In this document: piece by piece, positions 1-11,362 of the stretch
How the letters are laid out: the number at the start of each line of letters is the position of its first letter
How positions within the stretch are numbered: position 1 is the first letter of the stretch
Source of the DNA: Scyliorhinus canicula
Taxonomy: Eukaryota
Length of the DNA stretch: 64,000 bases
Direction of reading: 5' to 3'
Assembly (NCBI RefSeq): GCF_902713615.1
Contig: NC_052175.1
Span: forward strand, 7,581,941-7,645,940
The notes under the pieces: generated by a model
Database searches by the model: none
What the model saw: the letters and a program-made list of their open reading frames with translations, nothing else
Told to the model about the DNA's origin: nothing
Made by a program: the position numbers and the translations under genes

Positions 1-204
1 GAAACTTTAGGGTTCTCCGGTGGTGTCACCCGGGGCATTGTCAGTTTTCGCTGTGAAGTATTAATTCGTAGAGTACATGCATATGTGTCCCACAGTACAG
101 CAGTACGTCAGTGCTGGCACCAGGGGGACTGGATTATTCGGCCATTCCACAAGACTGGCACATGGGAGTATCGACCTGAATTATAGGGTTTTGGTCCAGG
201 CTGA

Positions 205-430
205 CGCAAAAGTAAACGACTGCAGATGCTGAAACTTTATATTTACAGCTGAAAATGGCGGTAAAACGCAACGGGTCTGGCAGCGTCTGCACAGAACCAC
301 GCAGCTTCAATGTTTAACGCAAGTATGAACCTTCTTCAGGTCTGAGAGAGGGAGAAATATTACGGATGTTATATTGTAGAAAATGACTTGGAGCAGATGG
401 GGCAATTTAGAATTTAGCGAATAGGTGGGG
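205..430 (+). mobile_element. Degraded Penelope-like terminal fragment
   Basis: Resembles the shark Penelope terminal motif (actgcagatgctg...ggtctggcagcgtctg...ccttcttcag), from pattern recall only. Confidence 0.4.
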
Positions 431-496
431 ATGAGGATGACCTGACAAACATAGGCACAGGCGACGCACATATTAGTTATAGCTTCTAGTATTAAC

Positions 497-958
497 GTAG
501 AAGCATAGAAAATAGGTGCATGAGGAGGTAATTCGGGCGTTCGAGTTTGCTCCGTCGTTCATTATGATCATGGATACCATTCAAATCAATACTTAAACCC
601 GTTTACCACCCAGATCCGTTCATCCCCATTGCCCCAGGTGTTATATCTAACTGCTTTTTGAAAACATACAGAGTTTTGGCATCAACTACATCCTGTGGTA
701 AAGAATTCCACAGGCTCACCAACCTCTGAGTGAAGACATTTCCCTTAATCTCTGTCGTAAATGGCCTACCCCGTATCCCGCATCCTCAGACTGTGACCCC
801 TGGTTATGGACACATCAACCATCGGGGACATTCCGCATCTACCCTGGCTAATCCTGTTCGATTTTTATAGGTTTATATGTGATTACCCCCATTCATCTGA
901 ACTCCAGGGAACACAATCCTAGCTGATTCAATCGTTCCTCATACGTCAGTTCCACCAC
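497..958 (-). mobile_element. CR1 3' fragment
   Basis: Minus-strand YEERLNQLGLCSLEFR and a CR1-type tail. Confidence 0.7.
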
Positions 959-961
959 TGA

Positions 962-2140
962 GGGGCAGCACAGTAGCATTGTGGATAGCACAATCGCTTC
1001 ACAGCTCCAGGGTCCCAGGTTCGATTCTGGCTTGGGGCACTGTCTGGACGGACTCTGCACATCCTCCCCGTGTCGCGAGGAGGCGGTGACGCGGGTTAGA
1101 ATGTAGCAGCGTTCCAATGGAATGTGACCTGGAGCCGGACGAGTGATTGATACAGCTCGAGCCGCGCCCAGGTGAGCTAGCATCGCAATCAGCTGGAGGA
1201 GTTTTGGGCCCCTTTTTTCCCCCCGCTGTGCTCTCAGGCCAAGGGGAGGCGGACCGTGCCGCTGGCTGAGCGCCGTCCTTCCGCAGGGCGGCTGTACTGA
1301 GCACTGGGCGGGCGGGAGAGGGGTAGGGTGGGGGAAGATTATGCTCGCTGCAGGTACCGGCCGACTCTCTGCCATCTGAATCGATCCGACGACACTACAC
1401 CGATTCGGCGCCAGGTTGCCGTCGACCGACCGCACCTCTTTCCCCCACCGCACCCCACCCTCTCGGCTGATCCCTTCAACCCACGCATTTAAAAAGAGGA
1501 GGCCGAGTCAAGCTGAGTTACTGTCAAATCATCTGGGTGTCTGGAGACGTCACCATGAAAAAAAAAAACAGGGGCAGAGGGTAGCATGGTGGTTAGCATA
1601 AATGCTTCACAGCTCCAGGGTCCCAGGTTCGATTCCCGGCTGCGTCACTGTCTGTGTGGAGTCTGCACGTCCTCCCCCTGTGTGCGTGGGTTTCCTCCGG
1701 GTGCTCCGGTTTCCTCCCACAGTCCAAAGATGTGCGGGCGGGTTAGGTGGATTGGCCATGCTAAATTGCTCGTAGTGTCCTAATAAAAGTAAGGTTAAGG
1801 GGGGGTTGTTGGGTTACAGGTGTAGGGTGCATACGTGGGTTTGAGTAGGGTGATCATGGCTCGGCACAACATTGTGGGCCGAAGGGCCTGTTCTGTGCTG
1901 TACTGTTCTATGTTCTATGTGTGTGCGTGGGTTTCCTCCGAGTGTCCCGGTTTCCTCCCACAGTCTAAAGATGAGCTGGTTAGGTGGATTGGCCATGATA
2001 AATTGCCCTTCGTGTTGGGTGGGGTTACTAGGTGATGGGGATAGGGTGGAGGTGTTGGCCTTCGGTAGGGTGCTCTTTCCAAGAGCGGGTGCAGACTCGA
2101 TAGGCCGAATGGCCTCCTTCTGCACTGTAAATTCTATCTA
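962..2140 (+). repeat. V-SINE (subfamily B) split by an insertion at 1074-1918
   Basis: Head gtagcattgtggatagc at 962-1073. The body resumes at about 1919 and ends in the B tail gccgaatggcctccttctgcactgtaaattctat. Confidence 0.8.
1570..1919 (+). repeat. HE1/V-SINE (subfamily A), full length
   Basis: tRNA-like A box and B box (GGTTCGATTCC), V-domain gggtttcctccgggtgctccggtttcctcccacagtccaaagatg, CR1-like tail with (ttctatg)n. Confidence 0.9.
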
Positions 2141-2725
2141 TGATAACCACCCCACGAATCAGTCTGGATAACCTTCCCTGCACTCCCTCTCGATCACGAA
2201 CGTCGTTCCTCAGTTAAGGTGACGAAAACTGCATAAAGATTCCAGGTGTTGCCTCGCCAAGGCCCTGTATAATTGTAGCACAGGAGAGGTAAGTGAAATG
2301 TTGTATCAACTGGAAAACATCTTTGGGACTTTCAACGGCGAGAGAGAGGAGAAGGAAAAGATGTGGGGAGGATTAGGAAAACATAGCACCTCCTGCGATG
2401 ACATGGGAATGTACTGGGAAGTGGATGACAGTGGCGATGATGGAGGAATGGCCCAGGGCATCAAGGACACAGTCGTCGATGGCATTGTTTGTGAGGAGAT
2501 GGTGTTTTTCGTAATGGTATTATGCTTGAGTTTTTGGGAATGGCGGACTTGAATACTTTGAATAGCTAGACTGGAGGAGCAAAAAGGGCAGACGATATCG
2601 AACTATCATAAGTAACTGAAAACAAAATATACCACCTGTGCCATCGTCTCAATATTTCTTCGTGCCCATCATTATATGATTCGATGGCTCTTCCAATGTT
2701 GATGCCTGTATTTGTTTAATTCCAG

Positions 2726-3025
2726 AGAAGCTCCCCAGAGCCACGATTTCTGTCGACCCAGCCTCTGGTGTGGTGAGCAGAGGAAAGCCCATTCGATTGA
2801 CTTGCATAGGCGCAATTCTGCCCTCTGGTGGGCGATTTTACTTCTACCGTGATGATGACAAGAAGGGAACATTGGATGTATCCGGCAATTTTCACGCGGC
2901 CTCCTTCATCGTCAATGACATGGTTAACACTGGGAAATGGAACTACACCTGTGGCTATGCGAGAATTGTACAGCAGATAGCTTATCACGCACCACGCAGC
3001 ATCGCAGTGGAGGTGACTGTGGCAG
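2726..3025 (+). CDS. LRC-type (LILR/KIR/OSCAR-like) Ig C2 domain exon
   Basis: (E)KLPRATISVDPASGVVSRGKPIRLTC...FYFYR...ASFIVNDMVNTGKWNYTCGY...SIAVEVTVA. Cys spacing 48 aa. Acceptor ttaattccag and donor G|GTGAGT. 300 nt, phase 1-1. Confidence 0.85.
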
Positions 3026-3894
3026 GTGAGTGACTTGCAATAATGATCTGGGGAATGATCTGAAAACACAATGTCGGTTTTCACAGGAAAACATAATATA
3101 CAGAAATCTTAAGACCCTCTATCCAAAATCATCATTCAATGCGATCAGGGCTGTTCCTCCATACCAGCAATACCAGCAATACCGATCACGACTTTACTGC
3201 CTAGAAGTCTATAAATTTCCTTCTTAAATAAATACGATGGCATAGCCTCCATCGCCTTCGGTGGTAGATAATCCAGAGGTTCACCAGCCATCTCTGAGCG
3301 AGGAGACTGAGCTCGAATGCTCACATGCTCTGTGCATATTTTACTCAGAGTTGTCAGTTCGAAGATATTTTATTGTCTTTTGTGCTCCAATATATGTGTC
3401 GTTGGGGCGACCAGCATTTCTGTCTCATCCCTAACGGCTTGATTCAGAAGTTGGTGCAGAGTTGTTTTCTTGAATGCTGCACTCCATGTGGTTTGGGCAA
3501 ACCCCACTGTAAAATTATGGAGGGTGCCCTATAATATTGACCCCGCGGCAGTATATGGAAGGCGATAGAGTTCCAGCCAAAATGGAATCTGACCTGGAGA
3601 TGCAAGTTCCAACGCTCGTGTTACCATGCATCTTCAGTTAATTTAGCCAGGCACATAGATACATCTTTACCGCTATGTCCACTTCCAGAACATCACCATG
3701 CCTGCTCAAACTTAGTAGCTTGAAGTGTATTTGTTTCAATGTAAGAAGTATATAGCGGGTAAGGCAGTTGAACACAGAACACTGATTATAGCTTGGAGTT
3801 ATGACGCTGTGAGATTCAGAGAAACATGGTTAGAGGAAGGGGATGATTGGCAGCTGAATGTTGGAGGATTTAGATGATTCAGAATATATAGAGG

Positions 3895-4232
3895 AGGGCC
3901 TCACGGTAGCATGGTGGTTAGCATCAATGCTTCACAGCTCCAGGGTCCCAGGTTCGATTCCCGGCTGGTTCACTGTCTGTGTGGAGTCTGCACGTCCTCC
4001 CCGTGTGTGCGTGGGTTTCCTCCGGGTGCTCCGGTTTCCTCCCACAGTCCAAAGATGTGCTGGTTAGGTGGATTGCCCATGCTAAATTGCCCGTAGTGTA
4101 AGGTTAATGGGGGGATTGTTGGGTTACGGGTATACGGGTTACGTGGGTTTAAGTAGGGTGATCATTGCTCGGCACAACATTGAGGGCCGAAGGGCCTGTT
4201 CTGTGCTGTACTGTTCTATGTTCTATGTTCTA
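3895..4232 (+). repeat. V-SINE subfamily A
   Basis: Same head, V-domain and tail as 1570-1919. Confidence 0.9.
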
Positions 4233-4467
4233 TGCTAAAGGGCTAGGGGAGTAGCATTACTGGTTAAGGAGAATATTATTGCCATACTCTGGGCAGACAC
4301 CTTGTAGGTTTGAAACAAAGAACCAATCTGGGTAGAGCTCAGGAACAGGAAGGGGATAATCATAATGTTCGGCGTTTATTACAGGCCCCAAACTGTCAGC
4401 GAGAGACAGATGCGCAGATAGGTGGAGACATTTTGCATCGGTGCAAAAAGTAACAGGGTTCATCGTT

Positions 4468-7400
4468 TTTACGATATAGGTAAAAAAACGGGATGAGGTC
4501 CTACAAGCGGAATTCAGGGAGTTAGGAGTTAAACTAAAAAGTAGGACCTCAAAGGTAGTAATCTCGGGATTGCTACCAGTGCCACGAGCTAGTCAGAGTA
4601 GGAATGTCAGGATAGATAGGATGAATGCGTGGCTTGAGAGATGGTGCAAGAGGGAGGGATTCAAATTCCTGGGGCATTGGGACCGGTTCTGGGGGAGGTG
4701 GGACCAGTACAAACCGGACGGTCTGCACTTGGGCAGGACTGGAACCGATGTCCTAGGGGGGGTGTATTCTAGAGCTGTTGGGGAGGGTTTAAACTAAGGT
4801 GGCAGGGGGATGGGAACCAATGCTGGAAGTTGGAAGGTAGTAAAACAGGGACAGAAACAAAAGGAAGTAAGGGGAAAAGTGCAAGGCAGAGAATACATAG
4901 TCAGAAATCCATAAGGGCGACAGTACAAGGTACAGTGACTGAGGGGAGCACAATGAATAGGCCCAGTAATAACAAAAGGAATAAAACTGGAGATGTTAAG
5001 ATTCAAAACAGAGGTAAAAAAACCAACATAAGTGTACTTTACCTGAATGCTCGTAGTATTCGGAATAAAGTAAATGAGTTGGTGGCACAAATCATCGTAA
5101 ATGACTATGATTTAGTGGCCATTACTGAAACATGGTTAAAGGATGGTCACGACTGGGAGTTAAATATCCGAGGGTATCAAACTATTCGGAAGGACAGAGT
5201 GGATGGTAAGGGAGGTGGTGTTGCTCTGTTATTTAAGGATGACATCCGGGCAATAGTAAGGGATGACATCGGTGCTATGGAGGATAAGGTTGAATCCATT
5301 TGGGTGGAAATCAGGAATAGTAAGGCGAAAAAGTCACTGATAGGAGTAGTCTATCGGCCACCAAATAGTAACGATATGGTGGGGCAGGCAATAAACAAAG
5401 AAATAACTGATGCATGTAGAAATGGTACAGCAGTTATCATGGGGGATTTTAATCTACATGTCGATTGGTTCAACCAGGTCGGTCAAGGCAACCGTGAGGA
5501 GGAGTTTATAGAATGTATCCGCGATAGTTTCCTAGAACAGTATGTAATGGAACCTACGAGGGAACAAGCGGTCTTAGATCTTGTCCTGTGTAATGAGACA
5601 GGATTGATTCATGATCTCATAGTTAGGGATCCTCTCGGAAGGAGCGATCACAATATGGTGGAATTTAAAATACAGATGGAGGGTGAGAAAGTAAAATCAA
5701 ATACTAGTGTTTTGTGTTTAAACAAAGGAGATTACAAGGGGATGAGAGAAGAACTAGATAAGGTAGACTGGGAGCTAAGACTTTATGGTGGAACAGTTGA
5801 GGAACAGTGGAGAACCTTCCAAGCGATTTTTCACAGTGCTCAGCAAAGGATTATACCAACAAAAAGGAAGTTCGGAAGAAAGAGGGAAAATCGACCGTGG
5901 ATATCTAAGGAAATAAGGGAGAGTATCAAATTGAAGGAAAAAGCATATAAAGCGGCAAAGATTGCTGGGAGATTAGAGGACTGGGAAATCTTTAGGGGGC
6001 AACAGAAAGCTACTAAAAAATCTATAAAGAAGAGTAAGATAGAGTATGAGAGTAAACTTGCTCAGAATATAAAAACAGACAGTAAAAGTTTTTACAAATA
6101 TATAAGACAAAAAAGAGTGGCTAAGGTAAATATTGGTCCTTTAGAGGATGAGAAGGGAGTTTTAATAATGGGAAATGAGGAAATGGCTGAGGAACTGAAG
6201 AGGTTTTTTGGGTCGGTCTTCACAGTGGAAGACACAAATAACATGCCAGCGACTGATAGAAATGAGGCTATGACAGGTGAGGACCTTGAGAGGATTGTTA
6301 TCACTAAGGAGGGAGTGATGGGCAAGCTAATGGGGCTAAAGGTAGACAAGTCTCCTGGCCCTGATGGAATGCATCCCAGAGTACTAAAAGAGATGGCTAG
6401 GGAAATTGCAGATGCACTAGTGATAGTTTACCTAAATTCACTAGACTCTGGGGTGGTCCCGGTGGATTGGAAATTAGCAAACGTGACGCCACTGTTTAAA
6501 AAAGGAGGTAGGCAGAAAGCAGGAAATTATAGGCCAGTGAGTTTAACTTCGGTAATAGGGAAGATGCTGGAATCTATCATCAAGGAAGAAATTGCGAGGC
6601 ATCTGGATAGAAATTGTCCCATTGGGCAGACGCAGCATGGGTTCGTAAAAGGCAGGTCATGCCTAACTAATTTAGTGGAATTTTTTGAGGATATTACCAG
6701 TGCAGTAGATAACGGGGAGCCGATGGATGTGGTATATCTGGATTTCCAGAAAGCATTTGACAAGGTGCCACACAAAAGGTTGCTGCATAAGATAAAGATG
6801 CATGGCATTAAGGGTAAAGTAGTAGCATGGATAGAGGATTGGTTAATTAATAGAAAGCAAAGAGTTGGGATAAATGGGTGTTTCTCTGGTTGGCAATCAG
6901 TAGCTAGTGGTGTCCCTCAGGGATCCGTGTTGGGCCCACAATTGTTCACAATTTACATTGATGATTTGGAGTTGATGACCAAGGGCAATGTGTCCAAGTT
7001 TGCAGATGACACTAAGATGAATGGTAAAGCGAAAAGTGCAGAGGATACTGGAAGTCTGCAGAGGGATTTGGATAGGTTAAGTGAATGGGCTCGGGTCTGG
7101 CAGATGGAATACAATGTTGACAAATGTGAGGTTATCCATTTTGGTAGGAATAACAGCAAACGGGATTATTATTTAAACGATAAAATATTAAAGCATGCCA
7201 CTGTTCAGAGAGACTTGGGTGTGCTAGTGCATGAGTCACAGAAGGTTGGTTTACAAGTGCAACAGGTGATTAAGAAGGCAAATGGAATTTTGTCCTTCAT
7301 TGCTAGAGGGATGGAGTTTAAGACTAGGGAGGTTATGTTGCAATTGTATAAGGTGTTGGTGCGGCCACACGTGGAGTATTGTGTTCAGTTTTGGTCTCCT

Positions 7401-7935
7401 TACTTGAGAAAGGACGTACTGGCGCTGGAGGGTGTGCAGAGGAGATTCACTAGGTTAATCCCAGAGCTGAAGGGGTTGGATTATGAGGAGAGGTTGAGTA
7501 GACTGGGACTGTACTCGTTGGAATATAGAAGGATGAGGGGGGATCTTATAGAAACATTTAAAATTATGAAGGGAATAGATAGGATAGATGCGGGCAGGTT
7601 GTTTCCACTGGCGGGTGACAGCAGAACTCGGGGACATTGCCTCAAAATAAGGGGAAGTAGATTTAGGACTGAGTTTAGGAGGAACTTCTTCACCCAAAGG
7701 GTCGTGAATCTATGGAATTCCTTGCCCAGTGAAGCAGTTGAGGCTCCTTCATTACATGTTTTTAAGGTAAAGATAGATAGTTTTTTGAAGAATAAAGGGA
7801 TTAAGGGTTATGGTGTTCGGGCCGGAAAGTGGAGCTGAGTCCACAAAAGATCAGCCATGATCTAATTGAATGGCGGAGCAGGCTCGAGGGGCCAGATGGC
7901 CTACTCCTGCTCCTAGTTCTTATGTTCTTTTGTTC
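4468..7935 (+). mobile_element. Young CR1 LINE, 5'-truncated within ORF1, with intact ORF2
   Basis: ORF1 esterase C-terminus (DGLH) at 4570-4797, uninterrupted ORF2, 3' UTR ending in (ttcttatg)-like repeats. Confidence 0.95.
4830..7838 (+). CDS. CR1 ORF2: APE endonuclease plus reverse transcriptase, 1002 aa
   Basis: YLNARS, ITETW, GDFN and SDHN endonuclease motifs. NYRPVSLTS, GVPQGSVLGP and KFADD RT motifs. No stops. Confidence 0.95.
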   Translation: MEGSKTGTETKGSKGKSARQRIHSQKSIRATVQGTVTEGSTMNRPSNNKRNKTGDVKIQNRGKKTNISVLYLNARSIRNKVNELVAQIIVNDYDLVAITETWLKDGHDWELNIRGYQTIRKDRVDGKGGGVALLFKDDIRAIVRDDIGAMEDKVESIWVEIRNSKAKKSLIGVVYRPPNSNDMVGQAINKEITDACRNGTAVIMGDFNLHVDWFNQVGQGNREEEFIECIRDSFLEQYVMEPTREQAVLDLVLCNETGLIHDLIVRDPLGRSDHNMVEFKIQMEGEKVKSNTSVLCLNKGDYKGMREELDKVDWELRLYGGTVEEQWRTFQAIFHSAQQRIIPTKRKFGRKRENRPWISKEIRESIKLKEKAYKAAKIAGRLEDWEIFRGQQKATKKSIKKSKIEYESKLAQNIKTDSKSFYKYIRQKRVAKVNIGPLEDEKGVLIMGNEEMAEELKRFFGSVFTVEDTNNMPATDRNEAMTGEDLERIVITKEGVMGKLMGLKVDKSPGPDGMHPRVLKEMAREIADALVIVYLNSLDSGVVPVDWKLANVTPLFKKGGRQKAGNYRPVSLTSVIGKMLESIIKEEIARHLDRNCPIGQTQHGFVKGRSCLTNLVEFFEDITSAVDNGEPMDVVYLDFQKAFDKVPHKRLLHKIKMHGIKGKVVAWIEDWLINRKQRVGINGCFSGWQSVASGVPQGSVLGPQLFTIYIDDLELMTKGNVSKFADDTKMNGKAKSAEDTGSLQRDLDRLSEWARVWQMEYNVDKCEVIHFGRNNSKRDYYLNDKILKHATVQRDLGVLVHESQKVGLQVQQVIKKANGILSFIARGMEFKTREVMLQLYKVLVRPHVEYCVQFWSPYLRKDVLALEGVQRRFTRLIPELKGLDYEERLSRLGLYSLEYRRMRGDLIETFKIMKGIDRIDAGRLFPLAGDSRTRGHCLKIRGSRFRTEFRRNFFTQRVVNLWNSLPSEAVEAPSLHVFKVKIDSFLKNKGIKGYGVRAGKWS

Positions 7936-8069
7936 TTATGTGGTAGGGGATTTTAATTTCCCCTATATTGACTAGGACTCACATAGTGCTAGGGGTTTGG
8001 ATGGGGCAGAGTTTGTAAGGTGTATCATGGAAGCTTTGTTGATGCAATATGTAGATAGTCCAACTAGAG

Positions 8070-8417
8070 AAGGGGCAGCACGGTAGCATGGTGGTTAGCA
8101 TAAATGCTTCATAGCTCCAGGGTCCCAGGTTCGGTTCCCGGCTGGATCACTGTCTGTGCGGAGTCTGCACGTCCTCCCCGTGTGTGCGTGGGTTTCCTCC
8201 GGGTGCTCCGGTTTCCTCCCACAGTCCAAAGATGTGCGGGTTAGGTGGATTGGCAATGCTAAATTGCCCGTAGTGTTCTAAAAAGTAAGGTTAAGGGGGG
8301 GGGGGGTTGTTGGGTTACGGGTATAGGGTGGATACGTGGGTTTGAGTAGGGTGATCATTGCTCGGCACAACATTGAGGGCCGAAGGGCCTGTTCTGTGCT
8401 GGACTGTTCTATGCTCT
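8070..8417 (+). repeat. V-SINE subfamily A
   Basis: Same consensus, inserted in the old CR1. Confidence 0.9.
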
Positions 8418-10619
8418 AACTGGATCTGATGTTGGCGAAGGTGTCTGGAATGGTAGTTGAGGTGCGAAACTGGGGAAAGGCAAATTACGATAACATTAGA
8501 CAGGAATTGCAAAATTTCGATTGGGTGCGGCTGTTGGATAGTAAATCAACATCGGACATGTCGGAGTCGTTCAAGCGACAGTTGATTAAGATTCAGTAAA
8601 GTCACTTTCCTGAGAGAACGAATGATAAGTATGGGAGGTTTAAGATGTCTTGAATAACGAGGGATATTGTGAAACTCGTCAAAAAGGAACAGGAGGCTAT
8701 TGGACGCTCTCGAAGGAAGGGGTCCATTTACAAGTCTAGAGGAAGTAGGAGGTTACTGAAGCGGGAAATTAGGAGGGCTAGGAGGGGTCATGAAATGCCC
8801 ATGGCAAGTACGGTTAAGGTGAATTCCAAAGATTTTTATTCAGTTGTAAATGCAAGAGGGCGGCCAGGGCAATGATTATACCATTTAAGGACAGTAGACA
8901 AAATTTATTTGTTGAGCCATAGAAAATGGGCGATGTTCTAAATGAATATTTTGCATCAGTGTTGACCAAAGAAAGGGACTTTATGGAAGATGATTCTTGG
9001 GCAGGGTATGTGTGGACAGTCTGGATCATGTTAACATCGAAAAGGAGGAGGTATTTTAAATGATATTAAGGCAGGTTCGTGACCTGGATGGGTGGGATTT
9101 ACACCAGGGTACTGAGGGAAGCATGGAAGGAAATTGCTGGGGCCAGAAGTGACATCGTTGTATCCAATTGGCTATAGGTGAGATCGCAGAAGACTGGAGA
9201 ATAGGTAATGTGGTGCCGCTGTTTAAGAAAAGTAGCAGAGATAATCCTGGAAACTATAGCTTCACTATAGCTGGAAACCGAGCGAGTAGGTAAATTATTA
9301 GAGAGAGTTCTCAGAGTCAGGATGTATATCCATTTGGAAACAAATGGACTCATAAGCGATAGACAACATGGTTTTGTGAAGGGGACGTCGTGCCTTACGA
9401 ACTTGATCGAATTTTTTTGAGGAAGTGATAAAAATGATTGATGAGGGGTGGGCGGTGGATGTTGTTTACATGGACTTCAGTAAAGTATTTTAAAAGGCGC
9501 CACGTGGCAGACTGTTACAAAAGGTGACGTAACATCGGATAAGAGGTGAGTTGGTAAAATGGATACAGAACTGGCTCGGTCACATTAGGCGAAGGGTAGC
9601 AGTAGAATGGTGTTTTACTGAATTGAATGATGTGAATACTGGTGCTTGGGCTTCTATTATTTGTAACGTACATAAACGATTGGAGGGAACTGTAGCAAGT
9701 CTGATTAGTAATTTCGCGGACGACAGCGAGGTTGATGGGGTGGCAGATAGTATCAAGGATTGTCAAAAGCTACTGCAGGACATACATAGTTTGGAGACAT
9801 AGGCAGTGAAATGGCAAATCGGATTTAATCGTGTCAAATATAAGTTAATGCATTTTAGTAGGTCTAACATAGAGGGGGAAGTATATAGAAATATAGATAG
9901 TCAGGGAGATCTGGGAGTGCAGGTCGACAGATTTTGAGGTGGCAACTCAAGTGGACGGGGCAGTCAAGGAAGCAAAATGAATGGTTGCATTCATTGGACG
10001 GGGCATCGAATATTAAAACTGGCAAGTCATGCCACAAGTGTATAGAATCGCACTTGGAATATTGCGCAAAATTCTGGACACCACACTACCAGAAGTATAT
10101 GGAGGCTTTGGAGAGGGTGCAGAGGAGGTTTACCAGAATGTTGCCTGGTCTGGAGTGTGTTAGCTATTTTAGAGGCTGAATAGACTCTGACTGCTTGAAT
10201 TCGACAGACGGAGGTTGGGGATGATCTGATACAGGTCTACACGATTATGAGGTGCTTGGATAGCGTGGATGGGTTGGCACTCCTTCCCAGGGTGGAGGGT
10301 GTCAATCACCACGGGCCACAGTTCAGTGGGGATTTGCGAGGCAGGTTTTCTTTAGGCAGAAGGTGGTGTGTGCCTGTAAAGGGTTGCCAGGGCAGGATAT
10401 GGAAGCAGATACATCAACGGCGTTCAAAAGCACCTTGCAAACAAATGGATAGGGTGGGTACAGAGGGATACGGCACAAAGAATTCCTGAGGGTTTTGGCA
10501 AAGGTTGGTACCTTGAACAGTACAGGCTCGGAGGGCCGATGAGCCTGTTCCTGTGCTGTATTGCTCTTTGTATTTCCCCCTTGTCTCAGTTCATCGGATA
10601 TCGAAACCATCGTGTCTGT

Positions 10620-11160
10620 ATTTCTGCTTTCCCTAGGCTTGAGAAATCTAACGCTTCATAAATTCACCACCACCTACCAGACCATGTAAACTTCACCTCA
10701 TCAGTTATACCAGCTGGCCCATCCACTAACCCTCATGGATAAACCCTGTGCCACCCTTGGAGATTGCTGCTCGACATTGCCACTAACGGCAGCAACACCT
10801 CAGTCCTAAAACGTTCCTCATTCAGCTCAAATGGGACCATTTCCTCATTGCGCCGTAAATGCGAAACCACGCACAACCACTGAAATTTCCAAATCCCTTC
10901 CCAATTCGCCAAATGGACTCTCGATGTCTCCCTATCGACACGTCGATGCTCATTCTCCTGATTAAATCACTGCATCGAGTCGTTCACGCAGCCTTAAACT
11001 CGTACCCTCCCCCGCGGTCTCTGCGCTGCTTCAATCCCTGTCTCTTAAACATCTCCCGATTTCCATCCGCCATTGGCGGCCATGACATCACTACGGAGGC
11101 ATTTAAGATCTGGAAATCAGTCTTTTAACTTTTTCTACCTTTGCCTCTTTCTGAGCTACA
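10620..11160 (+). mobile_element. Degraded L2-like LINE 3' fragment
   Basis: Resembles an L2 RT C-terminus and 3' region. No intact ORF. Confidence 0.4.
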
Positions 11161-11270
11161 GGGGGGGCTGAGGTGAGTGAAACTCTATTGGTATTTATTA
11201 CCAAAATTATTGGTATTTACGCCACACTAGAATTGTCTATTAATATTCTAACCTCTTTTTAATTTTGTAG

Positions 11271-11362
11271 AATTTAATGGAACATCAAATACATTCCCAA
11301 CTCGTTTGTGTCTCTCCGCAATTCTCCTGCTTGGAATTGTTCTTGTTCTTGGGATGGAGTGA
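11271..11362 (+). CDS. Transmembrane exon of the LRC-type receptor (Arg at start of TM)
   Basis: Acceptor ctctttttaattttgtag, (E)FNGTSNTFPTRLCLSAILLLGIVLVLGME*. Phase 1, matching exon 2726-3025. Confidence 0.65.

Larger units (their letters stand above)
3750..10565 (+). mobile_element. Old degraded CR1 LINE interrupted by SINEs and by the young CR1
   Basis: Frameshifted endonuclease and RT fragments at about 3750-4465 and 7940-10565, with a 3' tail near 10530-10565. Confidence 0.75.

Noticed and set aside
1570-1640. tRNA-like sequences with A and B boxes
   Set aside because: These are SINE heads continuing into the V-domain and a LINE tail, not tRNA genes.
6092-7697. Minus-strand ORFs opposite CR1 ORF2
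   Set aside because: Antisense shadows of the LINE coding sequence, repeated at each CR1 copy.
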